From sequence record MT446390.1: a stretch of 64,000 bases of DNA; one strand, given 5' to 3'. Shown here piece after piece: positions 39,491 to 49,367 of this stretch; positions within the stretch are counted from its first letter, which is position 1; each line of letters starts with the position of its first letter. A program made the translations under genes and the position numbers. The stretch is from Escherichia phage TH12. Under the pieces are notes generated by a model. That model had not been told where the DNA came from and made no database searches. It was given only the letters and a program-made list of their open reading frames with translations.

Positions 39491-39514
39491 AGGGAGACTT
39501 CGGTCTCCCTTTTG
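39491..39514 (+). terminator. rho-independent terminator (AGGGAGAC-TTCG-GTCTCCCT + T tract)
   Basis: 8-bp stem, TTCG loop, TTTGTG. Confidence 0.65.
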
Positions 39515-39616
39515 TGCGTTTAGGGCAGAAAAAGTTTAAAAAAGATGTTTACTCTCCTGTAGGATGTGTTACTATAGACTTGTACCACCTAATCAATAAA
39601 ACAACCGGAGAATAAA

Positions 39617-39985
39617 ATGAAAATCAATCTGAACTCATACATCAAATGTAAAGACCACGATGGTTATAAAGCTATCGAAATTAAAGAATTCCAGTGGATG
39701 TTATACAAAGAGCAATTTGAGTTCGTAGGTTGTATGACCCCTGAAGGTCCTTCTGATGATTTCTCTTGGAAAATTGTGTTAGCAAACTTTTTCACAGGTG
39801 ACACGTACGAATTAAAAACTATTATTACCGGTAAAATTCGTTCAGAAACATATGTTGACGAAGAAACTGGTTACTCTGAAGATGTTACATGGTATCAAAA
39901 TGGACGCATTACAGCAGATAACCTGATCGAAAAAATGAAAGCCAAAGGTGTTTTAAATTTAGACAATTGGATTAAAGTTGCATAA
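39617..39985 (+). CDS. hypothetical protein (122 aa)
   Basis: ORF with RBS GGAGAA and upstream promoter cassette. Confidence 0.6.
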   Translation: MKINLNSYIKCKDHDGYKAIEIKEFQWMLYKEQFEFVGCMTPEGPSDDFSWKIVLANFFTGDTYELKTIITGKIRSETYVDEETGYSEDVTWYQNGRITADNLIEKMKAKGVLNLDNWIKVA

Positions 39986-39989
39986 AACA

Positions 39990-40029
39990 GTTTACTTTGG
40001 TACAGGTTATGTTATTATAGACCTGTACC
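39990..40029 (+). promoter_or_regulatory. early promoter with -10 region inside 9-bp inverted repeat GGTACAGGT/ACCTGTACC
   Basis: GTTTAC at 39990-39995; loop TATGTTATTATAG; upstream of ORF 40060. Confidence 0.45.
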
Positions 40030-40059
40030 AATAAACAACTTAAACATCTGGAGAATAAA

Positions 40060-40425
40060 ATGAACTACATCAACTTCGAACGCAAATATGTTTCTAACGG
40101 TATTGCTGGTTCTTCTGAAGTTATTTGCTTATGGAAACACGAAAACGGTACAGTTTGTGAAATCGAACAGTGCATGACTCCTAATTACGTTTATATGCGA
40201 TTTGAAAATGGTATCACGGTTTCAATCACGATGGAAGGTTCAAATTTTAAAATTGCATTAGATGATGATTTCCGTCAGCGTGATTTAGGTACTCATCCTT
40301 GCTGGAATGGTGTTAATCGTAAACTTCTGGTTAAAACTTGGATTCGTCATATCCTGAGTAACCGAGCTAAACCTGAACATCTCGAAGCAATCTTTGATGT
40401 AGTTCTTAACGAATTTGATATCTAA
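40060..40425 (+). CDS. hypothetical protein (121 aa)
   Basis: ORF with RBS GGAGAA. Confidence 0.6.
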   Translation: MNYINFERKYVSNGIAGSSEVICLWKHENGTVCEIEQCMTPNYVYMRFENGITVSITMEGSNFKIALDDDFRQRDLGTHPCWNGVNRKLLVKTWIRHILSNRAKPEHLEAIFDVVLNEFDI

Positions 40426-40461
40426 ATTAATTGGGAGCCGAAGCTCCCTATTGAGGAAATT

Positions 40462-41076
40462 ATGTTTAAAGTTAATACTTTTTATAAAATGAATTTTAAA
40501 AACGGGGATATTACTCCACGCCTTAAAAACATGTTCTCATATGACCTTATCGAGCCTTTTGAAGTTTTAGAAGTTACTGATGCTGGCTCGGTTTGTGAAA
40601 TTAGAACTTCTGAAGGTAAAATTTATCAGGCAGGTATTGGTAAATTCAGTAATTGTTTTACTTTAATATTCTCGACTGATTTAGATGAGCATTTTATTGA
40701 ATGTCCTAACCATAAGGTCTACGAAGTTCCATGGAAAGAAACTAAGAAAAATGGACCGCATGAATACACGAAGGTTGAAACTCCTCACGGCGATATGTGG
40801 CGGCATAACTCTCCTTTCGGAAGTAAAGGAACATTTGCTCAACTGCCTAAACCTTATGACGATGAAAAATACATCGTCGCCTTTTTATCTGAACAGGGTA
40901 CTCAAGACCGTGGATGTCAACGAAGTGGTTTACTAAGTGAACTTGAAGCTCATAACCAAGCACGTGAATTCGTTGAGAAAAATCCTGGCTCTGAAGCTCT
41001 AGTCATGAAAGCAATTACTCAATATATCACTGCTCAACCTGTTGTTCATCCGGTAGAAATTAATTTCATTAAGTAG
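40462..41076 (+). CDS. hypothetical protein (204 aa)
   Basis: ORF with RBS GAGGAAA. Confidence 0.6.
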   Translation: MFKVNTFYKMNFKNGDITPRLKNMFSYDLIEPFEVLEVTDAGSVCEIRTSEGKIYQAGIGKFSNCFTLIFSTDLDEHFIECPNHKVYEVPWKETKKNGPHEYTKVETPHGDMWRHNSPFGSKGTFAQLPKPYDDEKYIVAFLSEQGTQDRGCQRSGLLSELEAHNQAREFVEKNPGSEALVMKAITQYITAQPVVHPVEINFIK

Positions 41077-41130
41077 TTTACATCCAAGGACGGATTAGAG
41101 TATAATGATTTCTTTAGTAAGTGGAAAAAT

Positions 41131-41328
41131 ATGAAATTTTTAATAGCACAAACAGTCCAATTAAAAGGTGTTGGAATTCCTGGGGTGATTTTTAAAGTTC
41201 TCCCTGAATTTAAAACCGCCGCTGGAATTATCAATGAAGCGTATGCTGTTCAATGGGTTGATTGGACTTCTGACATACGTATGGGTAAAGAGTTATCTCC
41301 TATTAAAGGGTTGAAACATGTTGAATAA
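41131..41328 (+). CDS. hypothetical protein (65 aa)
   Basis: Small ORF, coupled to next. Confidence 0.45.
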   Translation: MKFLIAQTVQLKGVGIPGVIFKVLPEFKTAAGIINEAYAVQWVDWTSDIRMGKELSPIKGLKHVE

Positions 41329-41530
41329 ATTAATCCAGAAATTGTTAGGTACAGAAATGGTTGAAGTTACGTATCGTGTGACTGATGTAAGCCCATGGGC
41401 CCGAAAAGTTGAACCATATACTAAAACAATTAAAATGCTGAAATATGACGGTGGATTATCTATCAAAGACCGTCTACCGGCTTATGGTCATTGGGCTGAT
41501 GTTGAAATTATAAGTGTTAAAGATGTCTGA
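41318..41530 (+). CDS. hypothetical protein (70 aa)
   Basis: Small ORF. Confidence 0.45.
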   Translation: MLNKLIQKLLGTEMVEVTYRVTDVSPWARKVEPYTKTIKMLKYDGGLSIKDRLPAYGHWADVEIISVKDV

Positions 41531-41981
41531 GTTAGAGATTAGAAGCAATTTTAGATGGCCGTCATGTGCATTAAGTAATTTTGCCCAGTGGCCTTTCGTT
41601 ATGGATGGTATTCAATTCGGAGGTCTTGAAGGATTTCTCCAAGGATGTAAGGTGAAAAATGTTGAACAACAAAGACGTATATTTGGGCTGTCAGGACTGG
41701 CCGCACAGCAAGCTGGAAGGTCTTATGCAAGAGCTCAGGACCATGGGACTCTCTTCTGGTTAGGAGTTCCATTTTCAAGATACTCTGAAGCATGGAAAGA
41801 ATTATATACAAATGCATATTTTGAAGCAGCGATCCAAAACAAGGGGTTTCGCGATGCCTTACAAGCCTCTAAAGGAAAAATTTTGAAGCACAGCATGGCC
41901 AGCCACCTAACAAAAGATGATACAATATTAACTGAAGCTGAATTTATTGATGTGTTAAACCTATTAAGAGACTCTTTATGA
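41523..41981 (+). CDS. hypothetical protein, tentatively NADAR/DUF1768-like (YbiA-like)
   Basis: Segment LSNFAQWPFVMDG...FGGLEGFLQ resembles the FSNF..WP...DG motif of NADAR-family proteins; tentative. Confidence 0.55.
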   Translation: MSELEIRSNFRWPSCALSNFAQWPFVMDGIQFGGLEGFLQGCKVKNVEQQRRIFGLSGLAAQQAGRSYARAQDHGTLFWLGVPFSRYSEAWKELYTNAYFEAAIQNKGFRDALQASKGKILKHSMASHLTKDDTILTEAEFIDVLNLLRDSL

Positions 41982-42802
41982 AGCCTACTATTTTGACTGA
42001 TATTGATGGTGTATGTTTAAGCTGGCAATCTGGACTTCCTTATTTTGCCCAAAAATATAATCTTCCATTAGAACATATTTTAAAAATGATTCAGGACGAA
42101 AAATTTATTTCTCCTGGTAAACTATTCAATACCGATGATAACCTCGGTAAACAATTAATAGAAAAATATAATCGCTCTGATTTTATTCGTTACTTAGCGC
42201 CTTATTCGGATGCTCTTCGAGTTATCAATAAACTAAAAGAAGACTATAATTTTGTAGCCGTGACGGCGCTAGGTGATTCAATTGATGCTCGATTGAATAG
42301 ACAATTTAATTTGAATGCTTTGTTCCCAGGCGCTTTCTCTGAAGTAATGATGTGTGGTCATGATTCTTCAAAGGAACAATTATTCGAACTAGCTAAAACA
42401 AAATACAACGTGATTTGTTACGTTGACGATTTAGCTCATCACTGTGACCATGCGGCAGAAATTCTTAATGTACCGATTTATTGGTTGGCTCGTGGTGAAC
42501 GTGATGATATTCCTCGCACTGCACAACGTGTACACACATGGGATGATATTGAATCTCGTTTGGTTCTGCCTAAGAATAATTCAGATTCAGATCGTGAAGA
42601 CCTTTTAAAACGATTGGCGGATTTGCTTAAAGAATCTGGTGCAACAAGTCCAGGTGCATGGCCTAATCAAATTGGTGGCCCCTCGACAACACGTACTCCA
42701 TATACCTGGCGAACCCCAGGACCAACTGATATGCAGCCGTGGTGGACGATTCAAAACTTTCCTTTAGATTCGTCCAAATGGACTTGGTCTATAAATTGTT
42801 AA
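41978..42802 (+). CDS. hypothetical protein with HAD-like N-terminal motif (ILTDIDGV)
   Basis: 274 aa; DxDGV-type motif at residues ~7-11 suggests a HAD-superfamily phosphatase fold; unverified. Confidence 0.6.
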   Translation: MKPTILTDIDGVCLSWQSGLPYFAQKYNLPLEHILKMIQDEKFISPGKLFNTDDNLGKQLIEKYNRSDFIRYLAPYSDALRVINKLKEDYNFVAVTALGDSIDARLNRQFNLNALFPGAFSEVMMCGHDSSKEQLFELAKTKYNVICYVDDLAHHCDHAAEILNVPIYWLARGERDDIPRTAQRVHTWDDIESRLVLPKNNSDSDREDLLKRLADLLKESGATSPGAWPNQIGGPSTTRTPYTWRTPGPTDMQPWWTIQNFPLDSSKWTWSINC

Positions 42803-42811
42803 GGGCTAATT

Positions 42812-43081
42812 ATGTTTGTAGTTCATGATATTACAGATGGCAAAAACACCACACGTGACTACGGTCATGTTAACATGTTCTTTCGAGACTGGCCGGTGTT
42901 TCGTTCAGTAAAAGACGCAGAAATATTTAAAGAGTGTGTTGAACAAGGGTTCATCTACATTTCAGAATATTATGTTGAAGGACTCGGTAAATGGATTACC
43001 ACTTATCAGAAAACGCTGAAATCGCTTCTAGATGAAGTGGCTTATAATAGAACCGTAACCAAAATCGAGGACATCAAATGA
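42812..43081 (+). CDS. hypothetical protein (89 aa)
   Basis: ORF immediately upstream of the ligase gene, overlapping start. Confidence 0.55.
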   Translation: MFVVHDITDGKNTTRDYGHVNMFFRDWPVFRSVKDAEIFKECVEQGFIYISEYYVEGLGKWITTYQKTLKSLLDEVAYNRTVTKIEDIK

Positions 43082-44571
43082 TTTTAGATATTTTAAACCA
43101 AATAGCTGCGATCGGTTCTACTAAAACAAAACAAGAAATCCTTAAGAAAAATAAGGACAACAAATTACTTGAACGTGTGTATCGTTTAACATATGCACGT
43201 GGTATCCAGTATTATATTAAGAAATGGCCAGGACCAGGTGAAAGGTCTCAAGCGTATGGTCTTCTTGAATTAGATGATATGTTGGATTTTATTGAGTTCA
43301 CATTAGCCACTCGTAAACTCACTGGTAATGCTGCAATTAAAGAGCTCATGGGTTATATCGCTGACGGTAAACCTGATGATGTAGAAGTCCTTCGTCGTGT
43401 AATGATGCGAGACCTTGAAGTAGGTGCTTCAGTGTCTATCGCGAATAAGGTGTGGCCTGGACTTATTCAATTGCAGCCACAGATGTTAGCATCTGCATAT
43501 GATGAGAAATTGATTACTAAAAATATTAAATGGCCTGCATTTGCCCAATTAAAGGCAGATGGTGCTCGTTGTTTCGCTGAAGTTCGCGATGATGGCGTTC
43601 AATTCTTTTCTCGTGCCGGTAACGAATACCATGGTCTTACTCTATTAGCAGATGAACTAATGGAAATGACTAAAGAAGCTCGTGAAAGACACCCTAATGG
43701 GGTTTTAATCGACGGTGAATTAGTTTATCATTCATTTGATATTAAAAAGGCTGTGAGCTCAGGAAATGACCTGTCGTTCTTATTTGGCGATAATGAAGAA
43801 TCCGAAGAAGTACAAGTTGCAGACCGTAGCACTTCAAATGGTTTAGCAAATAAATCTCTTCAAGGGACTATTTCTCCTAAAGAAGCGGAAGGTATGGTTC
43901 TTCAAGCCTGGGACTATGTTCCTTTAGATGAAGTCTACTCTGATGGCAAAATTAAAGGTCAGAAATACGATGTTCGTTTTGCTGCTCTTGAAAATATGGC
44001 TGAAGGCTTTAAGCGAATTGAGCCAATTGAAAATCAGTTAGTTCGTAATCTTGACGAAGCTAAAGTGGTTTATAAAAAATATGTTGACCAAGGTCTTGAA
44101 GGTATTATCCTTAAAAACCGTGATTCATATTGGGAAAACAAACGCTCTAAGAACCTAATTAAATTTAAAGAAGTTATTGATATCGCTTTAGAAGTTGTAG
44201 GATACTACGAACACTCTAAAGACCCTAACAAATTAGGTGGTGTCGAACTCGTATCACGTTGTCGTCGTATTACAACCGATTGTGGTTCAGGGTTTAAAGA
44301 CACAACTCATAAAACAGTTGATGGTGTAAAGGTTCTTATTCCTTTAGATGAGCGTCATGATTTAGACCGTGAACGATTAATGGCTGAAGCTCGTGAAGGT
44401 AAATTGATTGGACGTATTGCTGATTGCGAATGTAATGGTTGGGTTCATTCTAAAGGACGTGAAGGCACTGTAGGTATTTTCCTTCCAATTATTAAAGGGT
44501 TCCGTTTTGATAAAACAGAAGCGGATTCATTTGAAGACGTATTTGGACCGTGGTCCCAGACAGGTTTATAA
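43078..44571 (+). CDS. 30: ATP-dependent DNA ligase (gp30)
   Basis: 497 aa; MILDILNQIAAIGSTKTKQEILKKNKDNKLLERVYRLTY and KADGARCFAEVR (adenylation lysine motif) match recalled T4 ligase. Confidence 0.9.
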   Translation: MILDILNQIAAIGSTKTKQEILKKNKDNKLLERVYRLTYARGIQYYIKKWPGPGERSQAYGLLELDDMLDFIEFTLATRKLTGNAAIKELMGYIADGKPDDVEVLRRVMMRDLEVGASVSIANKVWPGLIQLQPQMLASAYDEKLITKNIKWPAFAQLKADGARCFAEVRDDGVQFFSRAGNEYHGLTLLADELMEMTKEARERHPNGVLIDGELVYHSFDIKKAVSSGNDLSFLFGDNEESEEVQVADRSTSNGLANKSLQGTISPKEAEGMVLQAWDYVPLDEVYSDGKIKGQKYDVRFAALENMAEGFKRIEPIENQLVRNLDEAKVVYKKYVDQGLEGIILKNRDSYWENKRSKNLIKFKEVIDIALEVVGYYEHSKDPNKLGGVELVSRCRRITTDCGSGFKDTTHKTVDGVKVLIPLDERHDLDRERLMAEAREGKLIGRIADCECNGWVHSKGREGTVGIFLPIIKGFRFDKTEADSFEDVFGPWSQTGL

Positions 44572-44759
44572 TGAAAGCTTATTTAGAAACAGTTATTGTA
44601 GCTAAGAAGGATGGTGGAGATGTTTCCACCTCTTGTTCCCAAATTGTATTAGATTTTCCTAATAACGATTCCTATCATATTTTTATGGATAATTTTGATA
44701 AGTACGAAAAAGGCCCTAATTTTGAAGTTTATCGTACTTTGCTTCCGATTGTGGATTAA
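44571..44759 (+). CDS. hypothetical protein (62 aa)
   Basis: ATG overlapping ligase stop (TAATG); followed by terminator. Confidence 0.5.
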   Translation: MKAYLETVIVAKKDGGDVSTSCSQIVLDFPNNDSYHIFMDNFDKYEKGPNFEVYRTLLPIVD

Positions 44760-44780
44760 GAGCCTTCGGGCTCTTTTTGG
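44760..44780 (+). terminator. rho-independent terminator (GAGCC-TTCG-GGCTC + T5)
   Basis: Hairpin plus TTTTT. Confidence 0.6.
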
Positions 44781-44814
44781 CATAAATATAAATTATTACT
44801 AAAAGGAAAACACT

Positions 44815-46902
44815 ATGTCTGAACAATTAAATGAAGTGTTTGAATCTGAAGGCAGTCTTCCTGTCGTCAATTTGAACCCTAAAGCTAAAGTTCCACAAGT
44901 CTGGAAAATTGGTGATATCGATACAAACATCGTAGTTCGTTTATTCTCTTACCTTTCCGAAGGCGACGCTGTAAAACAAGTTAAACTTGGCGACAAATAC
45001 GCTCATGTTGTTATTATGAGTCTGTCTGAAAAGGGTAATCTCGCTGAATTGAAAAATGGCCTTGGTCCTGCTCCTATTGATGCAATCAACACCATTTTCA
45101 ATACAGTGTATGAACAGGTTAAAGCTCTTCGTATGGATGCAGTTCTGTTCCGATTCCCTACCAAGAAATTGAAAGGACGTGGACAACAACTTCAAACTCT
45201 TCTTGCTCGTCTAGTTTCTACTAAAACCGGTGGTCGTTTTAAAGTATTGTCTGCAATGTATCAATTCACAGGTAAACACACCTATGTGATGATGGTTCGT
45301 AAAAATGCCAACATTGAAGATATTAAAGGCATCCCTAACATTAACACAGAGTTGTACACGAAAGTAGATTCTGATGTTGGCGAAGTTTATGTGAGTAAAA
45401 AGACCGGCGAAAAAGTCACCAAAGAAACGGCTATCGCTGGTTCTATTGCTGCTGTAGAAGAAAAACGTAAAGATAAGCCTGTTATTGCTCGTACTAAAAT
45501 TTCTCGTCGTGCTATTGCAGCAAGTCAATCTTTAGAAGCTGACCGCCAAGAAGGTGAGTTATTCCAGAAATACGAAAATTCTGCTAAAGAAGTTAGTGGC
45601 CCGGCTACAGCTGAATTACTTCCTGAAGCATATGAAATCGTACTAGCCCAAGCATCGTCTACAGCAAAAGGCACTTTAGTTGCTGATATCGAAAATAAGA
45701 TTTATAATCGTATTGATGAATCATTTAAATTTGCTGATGAAGTTTCTTATGGTAGCGTTATTAAGCCGACTTTAGAAAAGTTTGCTAAGAAAATTAAAAC
45801 TGAAAAAACAACATCTGTTAAAGCATTAGCTGCTTTTGTTGAAGCTGCAAACGAAATTGCAGACTCTATTAGAGACGAATGGTTTGAAGATTTTAGACGA
45901 GATAATTTCCAACTGGCTGACGACGTTTTAGCTGAAGTATCTGAAAAAACTTGGAAACAACGTAAATCGGCGTTCTTGTCTAATGTGATGTATACTTATG
46001 CACGAGAATCGGCTAGAGGCACCTTTAATATAACAATGAATCGGGACCCTAAACAATACTCTGTTGCTGAAAAACGAGCTATTCGTGAATATGCCTCTTC
46101 TGCGTATACCGATATCAATAATATGTTGTTAGGTCGTTATAAACCGGATTTTTATGATGTTGCAGATGAAGATGAAGTTAAACGCGCTATTGATGGTCTT
46201 GATTCGGCGTTTTTAAATGGAGACCGTTTACCTGAAGGACTAACGTTATATAGAGCTCAGTCTATCAGAATGCCTATTTATGAAGCAATGGTTAAAAATA
46301 AGGTATTCTACTTCAGAAACTATGTTTCCACTTCACTAGCTCCTATTATTTTTGGCGGGTTTAAAGAGAACGTTGCCCTTGGACTTGCTCCTGAAGAAGT
46401 TCGTAAAGAGCTTAACATTGACAATAATGACGAAGGTGTTACTATTTCTCCTAGTCAAGTAAGAACAGCTATGCACGCACCAGAACAAATCCGTGTTAAC
46501 GTTGGATGGGCTATTGATGGCGCCCATAAAGTTAACGTGATTTATCCAGGACAGTTGAGTAATCACCCTAATGAGCAAGAAATTATTTTGCCTAGAGGCA
46601 TTCTCTTGCAGATAAATAAAATTACAGATGCGTCATCTGACACTGGTGCAGGTTTAGAATCCAACCTTAAATTTATTCAAGCTGAAGTCATGTCCTCAGA
46701 CCAGTTGGATGAAGCGGTCATTTACGATGGTGATGTTCTCATGGAAACAGGCGAGGTGGTTGCTATGACGGGTGAAATCGAATCAGATGAGCCGGTATCA
46801 TTCTCCTCATTTGTAGAAAAAACTAGTGCTCCTAAAGGATTGAAACTGTTAGCATCTTTAATGGATTTGGAATCGGTTCCGTTTAAATTTGTTCAAGGAT
46901 AG
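44815..46902 (+). CDS. alt: ADP-ribosyltransferase Alt (packaged internal protein)
   Basis: 695 aa (T4 Alt 682 aa) at the alt position; candidate ART motifs: Arg-containing LYRAQ, STS (YVSTSLAP) and E-x-E-like EQEIILPRG. Confidence 0.8.
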   Translation: MSEQLNEVFESEGSLPVVNLNPKAKVPQVWKIGDIDTNIVVRLFSYLSEGDAVKQVKLGDKYAHVVIMSLSEKGNLAELKNGLGPAPIDAINTIFNTVYEQVKALRMDAVLFRFPTKKLKGRGQQLQTLLARLVSTKTGGRFKVLSAMYQFTGKHTYVMMVRKNANIEDIKGIPNINTELYTKVDSDVGEVYVSKKTGEKVTKETAIAGSIAAVEEKRKDKPVIARTKISRRAIAASQSLEADRQEGELFQKYENSAKEVSGPATAELLPEAYEIVLAQASSTAKGTLVADIENKIYNRIDESFKFADEVSYGSVIKPTLEKFAKKIKTEKTTSVKALAAFVEAANEIADSIRDEWFEDFRRDNFQLADDVLAEVSEKTWKQRKSAFLSNVMYTYARESARGTFNITMNRDPKQYSVAEKRAIREYASSAYTDINNMLLGRYKPDFYDVADEDEVKRAIDGLDSAFLNGDRLPEGLTLYRAQSIRMPIYEAMVKNKVFYFRNYVSTSLAPIIFGGFKENVALGLAPEEVRKELNIDNNDEGVTISPSQVRTAMHAPEQIRVNVGWAIDGAHKVNVIYPGQLSNHPNEQEIILPRGILLQINKITDASSDTGAGLESNLKFIQAEVMSSDQLDEAVIYDGDVLMETGEVVAMTGEIESDEPVSFSSFVEKTSAPKGLKLLASLMDLESVPFKFVQG

Positions 46903-46960
46903 TTTACAAACACATGGATGTGTGATACTATCATCCCATCAACAACATGAGGAAAACGTT

Positions 46961-47254
46961 ATGAAATCTATGCTTCGCTTTAATGGTCAAGAACTAGTAG
47001 TTGAAGATGCCATCCCAGCGGATGATGTTTTTAACGAAGCTGTGATTGACGAATTGAATCGAGTATTCCCAGGTGCATTCCATATTGCTATGGAACCTCT
47101 TAAAAACTTTCGTGACCCTGAACACACTGACCAAATTTTTATCGGTGTAGTGACAGGTCATTTAGAAACAGAGGTACCAATGGTCGTATTAGTTAAATAC
47201 TCTAAAGATGATACTCCATTCCGAGCACCAGCATTCCTTTCATTCCGTAAATAA
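46961..47254 (+). CDS. hypothetical protein (97 aa)
   Basis: ATG at 46961 with RBS GAGGAAA (ORF track starts further upstream). Confidence 0.55.
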   Translation: MKSMLRFNGQELVVEDAIPADDVFNEAVIDELNRVFPGAFHIAMEPLKNFRDPEHTDQIFIGVVTGHLETEVPMVVLVKYSKDDTPFRAPAFLSFRK

Positions 47255-47260
47255 ACCCCT

Positions 47261-47286
47261 AAAGGGAGACGTTGTCTCCCTTTTTT
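47261..47286. terminator. bidirectional terminator between convergent ORF 46961 and gene 54
   Basis: GGGAGAC-GTTG-TCTCCC flanked by A run upstream and T6 downstream. Confidence 0.6.
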
Positions 47287-47287
47287 C

Positions 47288-48250
47288 TTATAGTCCTAAA
47301 ACTCTTGACGCAGAATTCACCACACCTGTCAATGTGTTTATATTAGACACACCTCCAGCAGTCCCACCTAATCTAGAAAGTCTTGATACTGCACTTCCTA
47401 GACCAGAATCATTCTGATTATTTCCAAACATTCCTGAAACACTACTAATAAGTCCTGATTCCAGCCATTCTAAAGCAGCCTGTCTATTTACAGCACCTGA
47501 TTGCATAACGCGATAAGCAAATGTTACATCAAAAACTGTTATCTGATTATCACCATCATACGTTAACTCAGGAGAAGAGACGCTAACAGGAATACATCCA
47601 GTGAACATGACAGCGGTATGTGGTAAACCATTTCGCGCATGTAAATTAACCTGAATATCTGCTTCGACGTCTTGTGGTAAAGCGCGAAGTCCTGTTACAG
47701 GGTCTTGGACCGAGTTTACCCAGTCTTGCATTGCTCTAAAGTTAGATGCTTCGGAATCCATTCTAAAGCTTATTACTAATGGGTCCATTTCTCTGCCGGT
47801 AATTCGGATGTTCGGGGAGTTATAGTTGAAATCCGTTTCATAAGATAATCGGTTCTCAGGCATTTTTACAGAATAAATCATTAAACCTGTATTATTATAT
47901 GCCATATTGAAGAAGTCTATCAGATAAGATCCTACCGTGAACTCACCTAACAAGCTTTGTACCGTACGTTGGCTCATTGCTCCAATCAGATATTTACTTA
48001 TACCTGATTTTCGAATTAATTTCTGTGTTCCTGCTGTAATCAGGGTTGTTACGCCCTGATTGATATCACCTTGAGTTAATCCTAACCAATCAGAATCCAA
48101 CCCTAAGTTATTATAAGCAAAACTACCAATTGACGAAATTAGTGAAGATGATTTGGTCGATGGCGTAGTAGCAAATACACAACTAAACATATTGTTTCGT
48201 TGGAAATCTGCATTTATAGCTTGGTTATTAAATTCTTCTAAAGAGTACAT
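47288..48250 (-). CDS. 54: baseplate tail-tube initiator gp54
   Basis: 320 aa (T4 gp54 320 aa), synteny 54-48-29-28-27-51. Confidence 0.85.
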   Translation of the reverse strand: MYSLEEFNNQAINADFQRNNMFSCVFATTPSTKSSSLISSIGSFAYNNLGLDSDWLGLTQGDINQGVTTLITAGTQKLIRKSGISKYLIGAMSQRTVQSLLGEFTVGSYLIDFFNMAYNNTGLMIYSVKMPENRLSYETDFNYNSPNIRITGREMDPLVISFRMDSEASNFRAMQDWVNSVQDPVTGLRALPQDVEADIQVNLHARNGLPHTAVMFTGCIPVSVSSPELTYDGDNQITVFDVTFAYRVMQSGAVNRQAALEWLESGLISSVSGMFGNNQNDSGLGSAVSRLSRLGGTAGGVSNINTLTGVVNSASRVLGL

Positions 48251-49359
48251 TAGAAAGTCCCCGCATAAAGTGAAGAACGGTTTAATGTAATAATTTCTCG
48301 CATTGTTATCTCTAACGTAAATGTTGACGGTAAGTTAGGAGCAACAGCGAGACCATTAAATTGTCCATTTGGAGTTTTATCAAAACGTACGCTTTGAATT
48401 TGGCATGGACCAAATACGTCAGTTAATCCATCAAATTTAGACGTATACCCAAAGTTTTTAACCATCCAAATTGTAGGGTTGCTTACAACTAATACATTTG
48501 TTAATGACGCAGTAATCTTTTCAAACAATGTCTTATTTTTTACTGCATCATCTGGCGTCATAGGCTCAATAAACGTTGAACGGTACCATTCGTCTAAATA
48601 ACTTTTAATCTCTTGGGCGTACTGTGATTTACCGGTCTCACCATATGAGAAATAGTTAAAATACTGGTAAATGTTTATAATAGCCATAAGGTCTTCAGTT
48701 GAACGTGGAGTTAAATCCCATGTAAAGACTTTAGTACGGTTCTCAGCACCGCCATACATACTACGAGAAGTCGTATAAATCTGCTCGTTATTATCAGCCA
48801 TAAGCCCTTGAGTAATAGAATCTAATGCACCAAAAACTGCAGTAGAAGCAATGTTACTTAAAACACCTGTAGCAGTACCTCCACCTTTAGTAATAAGGCT
48901 ATCACCGATATCATTAAAACGATGTGAAGTTGTATCAACGTCAGATTTGGAACGTGGCAAAAGTATATTAGCAACAGGAGTTTTATTTATAGTAGACTTA
49001 TTAGCTCCGGCAGGAAGCAATCCATTTGAGAATTTAGTCACCGCATCTTTCACATTATCAGTTAAATCTGATATGATACCATTAGATGAAGTCCCGGCAT
49101 ACGCCGGACGTAAATTCCTGAGGGATCCTGAATCGCGTGCAGACATATTGTACGCGGTAAATAATAATCCATTCTTATAAAGGTCTGTTACCTGGAAGTC
49201 TCCTGTGGAGTCATTTCCGGCTGCTCTTCCTGTAGGAAATTGAGCAACATAAGTTTTAGTAGTTGTTTCGGTTTTAGTGCTTTGCCCAGCACTTTCTGAG
49301 ACTGGGATTGCTTTATTTAAATCCTTTGCATCTACTACTATTTCTTTTACACTAATCAT
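48250..49359 (-). CDS. 48: baseplate/tail tube junction protein gp48
   Basis: 369 aa at the gene 48 position. Confidence 0.85.
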   Translation of the reverse strand: MISVKEIVVDAKDLNKAIPVSESAGQSTKTETTTKTYVAQFPTGRAAGNDSTGDFQVTDLYKNGLLFTAYNMSARDSGSLRNLRPAYAGTSSNGIISDLTDNVKDAVTKFSNGLLPAGANKSTINKTPVANILLPRSKSDVDTTSHRFNDIGDSLITKGGGTATGVLSNIASTAVFGALDSITQGLMADNNEQIYTTSRSMYGGAENRTKVFTWDLTPRSTEDLMAIINIYQYFNYFSYGETGKSQYAQEIKSYLDEWYRSTFIEPMTPDDAVKNKTLFEKITASLTNVLVVSNPTIWMVKNFGYTSKFDGLTDVFGPCQIQSVRFDKTPNGQFNGLAVAPNLPSTFTLEITMREIITLNRSSLYAGTF

Positions 49360-49367
49360 AATAATCC

